Shown here in pieces: positions 1-8,633 of a DNA stretch of 64,000 nucleotides; positions within the stretch are counted from its first letter, which is position 1; each line of letters starts with the position of its first letter. Source of the stretch: Endomicrobiia bacterium. GTDB taxonomy: Bacteria; Elusimicrobiota; Endomicrobiia; DTEH01. The stretch lies in contig JBCNUU010000002.1 of assembly GCA_039630545.1 (NCBI GenBank), positions 127,994 through 191,993 of the forward strand, written 5' to 3'. The notes under the pieces are model-generated. The model had not been told where the DNA came from. It saw nothing but the letters and a program-made list of their open reading frames with translations, and did no database searches. The position numbers and the translations under genes are program-made.

Positions 1-1016
1 TGAAAAATTTGTATTTTTACATAAAAAGTAAAAGTAATTTAGTTGCTCTTTCCTTTATTAATTTTATTTTGCTTTTGTTAGTAAGTATTTTTGTGTTGAG
101 AATCAATTCTTATTATGAAAAATTTATTTTGGAAATAAATAAACTGGAAGAATTAAAAAAAGAATTAATGGAATATATAAAAACTTATAATCTTTCTGAT
201 AACCAAAAAATTTCGTTATATATAAAAGATCTATCCACAGATTATACTATAAGAATTAATTCTGAAGAACTAATTCCGTCTGCTAGCTTAGTGAAAATTC
301 CTATAATGGCTGCAGTTTATTATCTTACTGAAAAGGGGAAAATTTTTTTAGATAATGAATTAATTTATCAAAGAAAACACCTTTGCGGAGGCTCTGGAAT
401 TATTAAGAATTATAAATTTGGTAAGAAATTTAAAATTAGAGAGTTGGTAGAACTTATGATTACTATTTCAGACAATATTGCTACACATATGTTGATTGAG
501 TATATCGGGATAAAAAATCTTAATGAAATTTTTAAAGAGTTGGGTTTAAAAAATACCAATATCAGTAGATATGTAATGGATTTACGAGCTAGAGATAAAG
601 GTATAGAAAATTATACTACTGCAGAAGATATTGGATTGTTGTTAGAAAAAATATACAAGAAAGAACTTGTTTCCAAAAATTCTTCAAATGAGATGTTATT
701 GTTTTTAATGAAACAAAAGATATCTGACAGAATTCCTAAAAAACTTCCCCGTGAAGTTGCTGTAGCCCACAAGACAGGTCTTATGCGAAATGTATGTCAT
801 GATGCAGGAATTGTCTACACAAGAAATGGTGATTTTATAATTTGTATTTTGACAAAAAATTTAGATTCAAATTTAGCCAAGGAAATTATAGCAGAAGTTG
901 CTTATAAAACATACTCTCTTTACGATAATATGTTTGATAAATTTAAATCTTCAACATCTAACGACTATGCCACATCTACAAATAATGATTTTGGGGATGA
1001 TACAGGGGATAACTGA
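1..1016 (+). CDS. Membrane-anchored serine hydrolase of the class A beta-lactamase/PBP fold; 5' end probably 1 nt before the window
   Basis: Motifs SASLVK (SxxK), SDN and HKTG, plus an N-terminal hydrophobic helix. The window opens with 'tg aaa aat ttg' in frame, suggesting an ATG clipped by one base. Confidence 0.85.
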   Translation, partial: KNLYFYIKSKSNLVALSFINFILLLLVSIFVLRINSYYEKFILEINKLEELKKELMEYIKTYNLSDNQKISLYIKDLSTDYTIRINSEELIPSASLVKIPIMAAVYYLTEKGKIFLDNELIYQRKHLCGGSGIIKNYKFGKKFKIRELVELMITISDNIATHMLIEYIGIKNLNEIFKELGLKNTNISRYVMDLRARDKGIENYTTAEDIGLLLEKIYKKELVSKNSSNEMLLFLMKQKISDRIPKKLPREVAVAHKTGLMRNVCHDAGIVYTRNGDFIICILTKNLDSNLAKEIIAEVAYKTYSLYDNMFDKFKSSTSNDYATSTNNDFGDDTGDN

Positions 1017-1740
1017 GTTTTTACCTGTATCGAGTTCCGGTCATTTGGTACTTCTTCAAACAATTTTTGGTTTTAAAAATATGTTATTTTATGATGTGAT
1101 TTTACACTTTGCAACTATTTTGGCTGTTTTTGTTTTGTTTTTCAAAGAGATTCTTGAATATGTTAAAGATCTCAAGATATTTACAAAAATAATAATTTTG
1201 ACAATTCCTACGGGAATAATAGGTTTGTTTATAAAAAGATATTTTTACTTTGTATATGATAATGTTTTATTTACTGGTGTGTTTTTATTTGTTACAGGGA
1301 TATGGTTATTGATAGCAGAAAAAGTTTATTTAAGAAACATTCATAAAAAACTAAATATTAATCAGATGAGTTTTACTAAATCTATAATTATAGGAATTTT
1401 GCAAGGGGTGGCAGTTTTACCAGGAATATCTCGTTCAGCGGCTACTTTGGGAGGGATGTTGGTTTTTAATTTTTTAAAAGAACAATCTGTTAAGTTTATC
1501 TTTGTTGCTTCAATTCCTGCTGTAATAGGAGCTACTTTAATAGAGTTTATGGATTTAACTAAAGAAGAAATTATGCTTTTTAGACCAGTCTATATAATGG
1601 GAGCTTTTATAGCATTTGTTTTTGGATTGTTATCTTTAAAACTTCTGATTAAAGTTGTAAAAAAACAAAAATTAATGTACTTTAGCATCTATTGTTTTAT
1701 TATAAGTGTTATCTGTATATCCATTTATTTTTTAACATAG
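967..1740 (+). CDS. uppP: Undecaprenyl-diphosphate phosphatase
   Basis: Motifs QGITEFLPVSSSGHL and AVLPGISRS; polytopic membrane protein. ATG at 967 fits the family N-terminus better than the track start at 898. Confidence 0.93.
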   Translation: MPHLQIMILGMIQGITEFLPVSSSGHLVLLQTIFGFKNMLFYDVILHFATILAVFVLFFKEILEYVKDLKIFTKIIILTIPTGIIGLFIKRYFYFVYDNVLFTGVFLFVTGIWLLIAEKVYLRNIHKKLNINQMSFTKSIIIGILQGVAVLPGISRSAATLGGMLVFNFLKEQSVKFIFVASIPAVIGATLIEFMDLTKEEIMLFRPVYIMGAFIAFVFGLLSLKLLIKVVKKQKLMYFSIYCFIISVICISIYFLT

Positions 1741-1762
1741 AAAGAAGGGGATTAAGTAGAAA

Positions 1763-2398
1763 TTGAACTTATTAACAAAGATATTTATTCAGTATCCAAT
1801 ATTACTTTTTGCAATCACTCTACACGAGTATGCACATGGAAAAATAGCAGAGTATTTTGGTGATGATACTGCAAGGATTATGGGAAGATTAAGTCTAAAC
1901 CCTCTAGTTCATGTAGACTTAATAGGAACAGTGTTGTTACCTTTTTTAGCGATGCTTACTGGTATACCTTTTTTTGGTTGGGCAAAACCTGTACCTGTAA
2001 ATATGTTTATAATGAAAAGATTTCAAGTGATGTTGATAGGTCTGGCTGGTCCTTTATCTAATTTTTTATGTGCTGGAATTTTTAGTTTAATCTATCATCT
2101 TTTAAATATAGCAAATATACAGACATATCAAGGAAGTCTAATTTTTTTATACGCAGTAGCAATTAACATAACATTGGCAGTATTTAATTTGGTCCCTGTG
2201 CCTCCATTAGATGGAAGCAAAGTTTTAGTAAGTTTACTTCCTTATGAGTTGGCTAATTACTATGAAAATTTTTTAGGTAGGTATGGATTTTTTATAATAA
2301 TATTTCTTTTATATTCTGGTGGATTATGGTTTATTATTTCTCCAGTTGTAAATTTTCTAATTCAATTGTTTTTACCTAACTATTATATGGGATTATAA
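1763..2398 (+). CDS. Site-2 protease family (M50) membrane metalloprotease
   Basis: Motifs HEYAH, LAGPLSN and FNLVPVPPLDG. Confidence 0.92.
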   Translation: MNLLTKIFIQYPILLFAITLHEYAHGKIAEYFGDDTARIMGRLSLNPLVHVDLIGTVLLPFLAMLTGIPFFGWAKPVPVNMFIMKRFQVMLIGLAGPLSNFLCAGIFSLIYHLLNIANIQTYQGSLIFLYAVAINITLAVFNLVPVPPLDGSKVLVSLLPYELANYYENFLGRYGFFIIIFLLYSGGLWFIISPVVNFLIQLFLPNYYMGL

Positions 2399-2405
2399 AT
2401 AAATT

Positions 2406-3380
2406 ATGAAAAAAACAATTTTATCAGGTATGAGACCTACAGGAAAGCTTCACATAGGGCATTATGCTGGTGTGTTGGCTAATTGGATAAAGCTACAGCA
2501 AGAATATGAATGTTTTTTTATGATAGCAGATCTTCACGCTTTAACTACTGAATATGAAAATACAAAAGAAATAAAACAAAACACATACGAGATAATTAAA
2601 GATTGGCTTTCCTGTGGGGTTGATCCTGAAAAATCAGTAATTTTTTGTCAATCAGATGTTCCTGAACATTCTGAACTACATTTAATTTTTTCGATGCTTA
2701 CACCGCTTGGGTGGCTTTATAGCTGTCCTACATATAAAGAACAATTAAAAGAACAATCTACTAAAGAATTAAAAACTTATGGATTTTTAGGTTATCCTGT
2801 GTTGCAAGCAGCAGATATTTTGTTATATAAAGCAAACTATGTTCCAGTTGGTAAAGATCAGATTCCCCATATAGAACTTACTCGTCAAATAGCAAGGAGA
2901 TTCAATAATTTTTATGGAGATTTTTTCCCTGAACCCCAAGAATTATTAACTGAGATACCCTATATCCCAGGTATAGATGGTAGAAAAATGTCAAAATCGT
3001 ATAATAACTGCATATATTTAACAGATGAAGACAAGCAGATAGAACAAAAAGTTTTGAAAATGTTTACAGATCCAAATAAAATAAGAAAAAATGATCCAGG
3101 TAATCCTCAAAATTGTGTTGTTTTAGCATTTCATAAAGTTTTTAATTCACAAAACGCTTCTCAAATAGAAAATTTATGCAAAGAAGGTAAAATTGGATGT
3201 GTTGAAGATAAAAAAAATTTAGCTAAAATTTTAAATGAAGTCCTACTACCTATAAGAGAAAAAAGAAAAAATTATTCACAAAAGAAAATAGAAGAAATAC
3301 TTTTAGAAGGTAAACAAAAAGCTCAAAAAGTTGCAAGTCAAACTATAAATGAAGTCAAAAAATTGATAGGATTAATATAA
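2406..3380 (+). CDS. trpS: Tryptophan--tRNA ligase
   Basis: Motifs SGMRPTGKLHIGH, YPVLQAADIL, VPVGKDQ and KMSKS. Confidence 0.98.
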   Translation: MKKTILSGMRPTGKLHIGHYAGVLANWIKLQQEYECFFMIADLHALTTEYENTKEIKQNTYEIIKDWLSCGVDPEKSVIFCQSDVPEHSELHLIFSMLTPLGWLYSCPTYKEQLKEQSTKELKTYGFLGYPVLQAADILLYKANYVPVGKDQIPHIELTRQIARRFNNFYGDFFPEPQELLTEIPYIPGIDGRKMSKSYNNCIYLTDEDKQIEQKVLKMFTDPNKIRKNDPGNPQNCVVLAFHKVFNSQNASQIENLCKEGKIGCVEDKKNLAKILNEVLLPIREKRKNYSQKKIEEILLEGKQKAQKVASQTINEVKKLIGLI

Positions 3381-3415
3381 GTTAAATTCTTTTTTAAACA
3401 AGGAATAAAATAATA

Positions 3416-4132
3416 ATGGAAAGTAGTTATGAGGTAAAGTTGGATATTTTTGAAGGCCCTTTAGATTTGCTTCTTTATCTTGTAAAAAAGAATAACTTTG
3501 ATATTTATAATATTCCAATTTCAGAGATAACTCACCAGTATTTAGAATATTTAGACTTAATGAAGGAGTTAAATTTAGAAATAGCAGGTGAATTTTTGGT
3601 GATGGCTGCTACTTTGATGGAAATAAAATCAAAGAGTTTGCTTCCAAAATCACAAGAAGAATTAGAAGACGAAATAGAAGAAATAAGAAAACAGTTAGTC
3701 GATAGACTTTTAGAATACCAAAAATACAAAAATGTAGCATTGAATTTTTTCCGGCCAAGAGAAGCGGTTGAGCGAAATGTGTTTTACAGAAAACTTCCTA
3801 TATTTACAGAAGATGACTATTATATTGAAGCTACAATTTTTGACTTACTTACAGCGTTAAATGAGGTTTTAAAACGTGTACCGAAAGAATATAAAGAGAT
3901 AGTTGTTGATGAAATTCGTGTAGAGGAGAAAATGCATCAGATATTAGAATATTTGAAAAATAAAAAATACGCACTTTTTGATGAACTAATGCAACTTGAA
4001 AAGACACGAAAAGGAATAATTGTTTTGTTTTTGGCTCTTTTAGAACTTATCCGTTTAAGACAGGTTTTTGCACGTCAGAAAGAATTTTTTGGAGAAATAA
4101 GAATATATCCATTAAATATAGATAACACATGA
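3416..4132 (+). CDS. scpA: Segregation and condensation protein A (kleisin)
   Basis: Motifs FEGPLDLLLYL, EFLVMAATLMEIKSKSLLP and FLALLEL. Confidence 0.95.
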   Translation: MESSYEVKLDIFEGPLDLLLYLVKKNNFDIYNIPISEITHQYLEYLDLMKELNLEIAGEFLVMAATLMEIKSKSLLPKSQEELEDEIEEIRKQLVDRLLEYQKYKNVALNFFRPREAVERNVFYRKLPIFTEDDYYIEATIFDLLTALNEVLKRVPKEYKEIVVDEIRVEEKMHQILEYLKNKKYALFDELMQLEKTRKGIIVLFLALLELIRLRQVFARQKEFFGEIRIYPLNIDNT

Positions 4133-5265
4133 ATTATTGGTTCTATCATTATCTGGATAGATATTTAGGAATACCTTTGATTTTTTCCCTTCTACTTGTC
4201 AATAAAATTAAAAAACTTTTCATTGAACAAAATGTTCAAATAAAAAAAATTTTAGCTATAAAACTTACAATGATGGGTGACACAATACTTTTGTATCCTG
4301 CAATAAAAGCCTTAAAAGAAAAATTTTCTTACTCAGAACTTACAGTTTTATGTTCAAAAGTAAACCTTGAGATTGTAAAGATGTGGGATTTTGTTGACGA
4401 AATAATAGTATTTGAATTTGATAAATTTTACAAAAAACCATGGAGCTTGTTGTTACAGATTTTTAAGCTTTATAGAAAAAATTTTGATTTAGCAATAGAT
4501 TTTGAGCAATGGTTTAGAATAACTTCTATTATAGCTTTCATTTCTTCAAAATATAAAATAGGTTTTAAAACGCCAAAACAATATAGACACTATTTATTTG
4601 ACATAAAAGTGTCGCATATTAAAAACAAACACGAAGTAGAAAGTTTTTGTGATGTTGTTAAAACTCTGGGTGTAGATGTAGAGGACAAAAGATTATTTTT
4701 AAAAATAAATGAGAATATAAGAGAAAAAATAAAAAATTTACTTAAAAATTATGATATAGAAGAAAAAAAGTTTGTTATTATACATCCAGGTTGTGGAATA
4801 CATGGTTTTTATCGGCAGTGGGATATAGATAGATATGCAAAGATAGCAGAATATATTGCTACTAAATATGGTTGTAAAATTGTGATTACTGGTAATAAAG
4901 ATGACATAGTTCAATCTGTATTATTTAAAAAATTCTATAAATTAAATAATTACTTAGATATGATAGGAAAAACTAATTTAGAAGAACTTATAGCTTTGGT
5001 TTCAATGGCTAAATTTTTAATCTGTGGTAATACCGGTGTTCTTCATATAGCAGCAGCACTAAACACTCCAACTATTGCTATTCATGGACCCACAGATCCA
5101 GACAAATGGGGACCATGGGGTGAGGGACACGTAGTTGTAAAAAGTGATTTAGACTGTGTACCTTGCTCATACCTGGGATTTGAGTATAAGTGTAAGGATA
5201 GAAAATGTTTAAAAGCTATTCAACATGAAGAAATAAAATTATTTGTGGATGAATTTTTTAAATAA
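4129..5265 (+). CDS. Glycosyltransferase family 9 (heptosyltransferase-like)
   Basis: Motifs MGDTILLYP and GNTGVLHIAAALNTPTIAIHGPT, plus a C-terminal CxPC...C motif. Confidence 0.9.
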   Translation: MNYWFYHYLDRYLGIPLIFSLLLVNKIKKLFIEQNVQIKKILAIKLTMMGDTILLYPAIKALKEKFSYSELTVLCSKVNLEIVKMWDFVDEIIVFEFDKFYKKPWSLLLQIFKLYRKNFDLAIDFEQWFRITSIIAFISSKYKIGFKTPKQYRHYLFDIKVSHIKNKHEVESFCDVVKTLGVDVEDKRLFLKINENIREKIKNLLKNYDIEEKKFVIIHPGCGIHGFYRQWDIDRYAKIAEYIATKYGCKIVITGNKDDIVQSVLFKKFYKLNNYLDMIGKTNLEELIALVSMAKFLICGNTGVLHIAAALNTPTIAIHGPTDPDKWGPWGEGHVVVKSDLDCVPCSYLGFEYKCKDRKCLKAIQHEEIKLFVDEFFK

Positions 5266-5288
5266 GTTTTTATTTATTTTTGAATTTT

Positions 5289-6701
5289 ATGAAAATTTTA
5301 TTTATTTTCCCACCGAAAAAAAATTGGGCTTTAAGAGAAATAAAATTACACAAAAAAATAGATGAAGAAGCAGGTTTTTATCCGCCGTTAGGTATCCTGT
5401 ATGTGGCAAGTTATTTACAGAAATTTAATCTATCCTATGAAATTAAGATAATAGATGCTCCTTTAGAAAAATTTGATTTTAAAGAAATAAAAAGTTTTAT
5501 AGAAAAATTTCAACCGGATGTTGTTGGAATATATTTCTGTACAGAATACCTTTTGGATTCATTACAAACAGCAAAAATAGTCAAAGAAGTAAACAAAAAT
5601 ATAATAACTGTAGCAGGAGGACCTCATCTTCATATTTATCCTTTTCAGACAATAAATAACCCATATATAGATTTTGGAATTTATGGAGAAGGTGAGATAT
5701 GCTTTAGTGTATTAATAGACAGTTTATTTCACAATAAGGATCCGCATAAGATAGATGGGGTGATTTCTAAAAAAAACATTAATAAAGAACACAAATTACA
5801 ATTTATTGGACACCTTGATGAACTTGCAATACCTAACAGGAGACTTTTAGATTATAAAAAGTATAGAAGTTTTATAACTTATAAAAATCCTATCACTACA
5901 ATGATAACATCTCGAGGTTGTGCTTATAACTGCTATTATTGCAATAGTATAGAAAGAGCTAAAAAGGTTAGATTTCACTCTCCAGAATATGTGGTAAAAG
6001 AAATAGAAGATATTGTTAGTTTAGGGATAAGAGATATTATATTTTTTGATGAAAATTTTACTTTTAATATAGAAAGAGTTGAAGCTATATGTGATTTATT
6101 AATTCAAAAGAAAATAAAAGTAAGATGGCATTGTAGAAGTCGAGCTGATATGAAGTTAGATAAAAGAATTCTTAAAAAAATGAAAGACGCAGGCTGTAGA
6201 TTAATACAGTTTGGTATAGAAACAGCAACCCCAAGATTACAAAAAATTATAAATAAACATCTTGATTTAGAAAAAGTTAAGCGAATAATTAAGCTATGTA
6301 AAGATGTTGGAATTTTAACCTATGGTAATTTTATGTTAGGTTTACCTACTCAAACTGAGCAAGAAATGTTACAGACAATAAAGTTTGCTATAGAGTTAGA
6401 TTTAGACTATGCTCCTTTTGGAGTTTTTAATCCTTTACCTCAAAGTGTTTTTTATGAACAAGCTCTTAAGGAAGGAATAATAATAAAAGATTATTGGTAT
6501 GATTATGTTATTCATCCTGAAAAGCCAGTTGCGGACTACTGGTGGCCACTGCACGATAAAAAGATGTTGGCTAAATTGAATCTTTTATCTTTTAGAAAAT
6601 TTTATTTTAGACCTCTTTATATCTTGAAAGCAATTTTTAGAAAACAATCATTTCAACAAAAATTATGGCAAATTAAATCAGCAATAAAATTATTTATTTA
6701 A
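5289..6701 (+). CDS. Cobalamin-binding radical SAM protein (class B methyltransferase-like)
   Basis: N-terminal B12 domain (YPPLGILYVASYL, AGGPH, GEGE), SRGCAYNCYYC (CxxxCxxC) and FGIET. ATG at 5289 is preferred over TTG at 5280. Confidence 0.92.
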   Translation: MKILFIFPPKKNWALREIKLHKKIDEEAGFYPPLGILYVASYLQKFNLSYEIKIIDAPLEKFDFKEIKSFIEKFQPDVVGIYFCTEYLLDSLQTAKIVKEVNKNIITVAGGPHLHIYPFQTINNPYIDFGIYGEGEICFSVLIDSLFHNKDPHKIDGVISKKNINKEHKLQFIGHLDELAIPNRRLLDYKKYRSFITYKNPITTMITSRGCAYNCYYCNSIERAKKVRFHSPEYVVKEIEDIVSLGIRDIIFFDENFTFNIERVEAICDLLIQKKIKVRWHCRSRADMKLDKRILKKMKDAGCRLIQFGIETATPRLQKIINKHLDLEKVKRIIKLCKDVGILTYGNFMLGLPTQTEQEMLQTIKFAIELDLDYAPFGVFNPLPQSVFYEQALKEGIIIKDYWYDYVIHPEKPVADYWWPLHDKKMLAKLNLLSFRKFYFRPLYILKAIFRKQSFQQKLWQIKSAIKLFI

Positions 6702-6703
6702 CA

Positions 6704-7813
6704 ATGAACATATTTATAGATGTTAGACTTTGTTCTTATAATTATCAAGGTGTAAAAACTTATATAGAAGGTATTCTTCCGTATTTGCTTAAAACAGATC
6801 ATATTTTTTATCTTGCCGGATTTAGAGATTTTTTAGAAAAGTATAAAGGTTATAAAAATATAAAAACAATTTTCTTTGAAGCTCCTATTAATTCAATAAA
6901 AGAGCATATCTTAGCGTTAAATATAATAAGGAAAATAAATAATATAGTGGATGTTTGTTTTTTCCCTTATCCTTCAGTTCCTTTACCGTTTATTTTCAAA
7001 AAATTTGTAGTAAAGTTTCATGATATAAATCCTTACAGGTTTTGGTATTTTTTTAATCCTTATATGGTGATTGCAGGGTATTTATTTACAAATTTAATTT
7101 CTTTGTTTTCAAAAAAAATAGTGGTTGTTTCTTTTAGCAGTAAAAATGACTTTCAAAGATATTTCTTAATAAATGATAAAAAACTAAAAGTTATTTATGA
7201 TGGTATTTCAGAAAGTTATAAAGTCTTAGATTTAGAAGAAATTGAGAAGTTTAAAAAAGAAAAGAAATTAGGTGATTATGTTCTTTTTGTAGGCAATCGT
7301 GAATGGACCAAAAATCTATTTAGGCTATTAGAAGCCATAAAGATTCTAAAAAGAGATGGGATAAATTTAGATGTTGTAATAATAGGAAGAAAGTTTGAAA
7401 AATATAAAAAAATAGATCAAGAAATTTTATTAAAATATAAAGATTTTGTTAGATTGTTGTATGATATTCCAGAGGAGGAAAAGATAAAATACTACAACGC
7501 ATGCAAATTTTATATCCAACCATCTTTAAATGAAGGTTTTGGATTAACAGTTTTAGAAGCGATGAGATGTGGGTGTGTGTGTATAGTTTCAAACATAAAA
7601 GTATTTAAAGAAATATTTAAAGATGCATGCTTTTATTTTGATCCTTATTCAGTAAAAGACATTGCTTGTAGTATAAAAACGGTTTTTAAAAATCGTACAT
7701 TGCAGGAAGAATTTAGAAAAAAAAGTTTGGAGATCTCAAAAAAATATGCATGGAGTATAACAGCCACACAGCTGCTAAGAACTTTAGAAAAAGTAGGATC
7801 TACCGGAGGATAA
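6704..7813 (+). CDS. Glycosyltransferase family 4
   Basis: PSLNEGFGLTVLEAMRCG (EX7E) motif and FHD; GT-B layout. Confidence 0.9.
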   Translation: MNIFIDVRLCSYNYQGVKTYIEGILPYLLKTDHIFYLAGFRDFLEKYKGYKNIKTIFFEAPINSIKEHILALNIIRKINNIVDVCFFPYPSVPLPFIFKKFVVKFHDINPYRFWYFFNPYMVIAGYLFTNLISLFSKKIVVVSFSSKNDFQRYFLINDKKLKVIYDGISESYKVLDLEEIEKFKKEKKLGDYVLFVGNREWTKNLFRLLEAIKILKRDGINLDVVIIGRKFEKYKKIDQEILLKYKDFVRLLYDIPEEEKIKYYNACKFYIQPSLNEGFGLTVLEAMRCGCVCIVSNIKVFKEIFKDACFYFDPYSVKDIACSIKTVFKNRTLQEEFRKKSLEISKKYAWSITATQLLRTLEKVGSTGG

Positions 7814-7816
7814 AAA

Positions 7817-8401
7817 ATGAATGAAAATTTTAAAATTTTGGATATAGGAGCTGGACCATTTAAATATCCTGGTGCGATTAGTATAGATTTTAATCCTGAA
7901 TCTAATCCTGACATATTATGGGATCTCAATAATTATCCATGGCCATTTAATGATAATGAATTTGACATGGTTTACTCTTCACACTGTTTAGAACATTTAA
8001 ACAATACAAAAAAAGCATTAGAAGAAATATGGCGAATATCTAAACCAAATGCTCTTGTAATAGTGAAACTTCCTCATTTTAGTAGTCGTCTTGCCTGGTG
8101 GGATTGTGAACATACGAGGGCTTTTTCTTCAGGTTTGTTTCATAGTTTTAGTGATGAATATAAAAAACTTTTTAAAACACCTGCTAAGTTTGAAGTGAAA
8201 AAAATAAGGTTTTGTTGGTCTCCACCTATAAGGAATGGTTTAGCAACTAAAACTACCAAAAAGTTGAATTTAATTATTCGTTTTTTAGATAGTGTGATTT
8301 CAGGTCTTGCAAACTTAAATATAGACATATGTGAAAGATTTTGGTGCTATTGGGTGGGAGGAATTGGTGAGATACAATTTTATGTGAGAGTTATAAAATG
8401 A
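7817..8401 (+). CDS. Class I SAM-dependent methyltransferase
   Basis: Motifs ILDIGAG, YSSHCLEHL and EIWRISKPNA. Confidence 0.88.
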   Translation: MNENFKILDIGAGPFKYPGAISIDFNPESNPDILWDLNNYPWPFNDNEFDMVYSSHCLEHLNNTKKALEEIWRISKPNALVIVKLPHFSSRLAWWDCEHTRAFSSGLFHSFSDEYKKLFKTPAKFEVKKIRFCWSPPIRNGLATKTTKKLNLIIRFLDSVISGLANLNIDICERFWCYWVGGIGEIQFYVRVIK

Positions 8402-8600
8402 AGAAAGTAATGTTGATATCACCACAATATAACTACCTTTAATATGAAAAAATGTATTCTTTGGGTAGCTTATTGCTTTTAGGAACATTATTACTTAATA
8501 AAAGTTATGATGTAAAATGTATGCTATAATATATGGGAGCTGATATAATTAAATAAAAAAATCAAAGCATTTCATGTCTGTTAGTGCTGGCATTGTAGTA
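8398..8600 (+). pseudogene. Decayed N-terminal fragment of a second B12-binding radical SAM gene
   Basis: ATGA overlap with the upstream stop. Translates as MKKVMLISPQYNYL*YEKMYSLGSLLLLGTLLLNKSYDVKCML*YMGADIIK*, resembling the KILFIFPP...YPPLGILYVASYL...YEIKII start of 5289..6701. Confidence 0.55.
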
Positions 8601-8633
8601 AATTCTTTTTAAATAAATATATCAAGGGTTTAA

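Noticed and set aside
1..1740. Antibiotic-resistance cassette (beta-lactamase plus bacA)
   Set aside because: No ExxLN motif and no mobile element; both genes fit housekeeping envelope functions.
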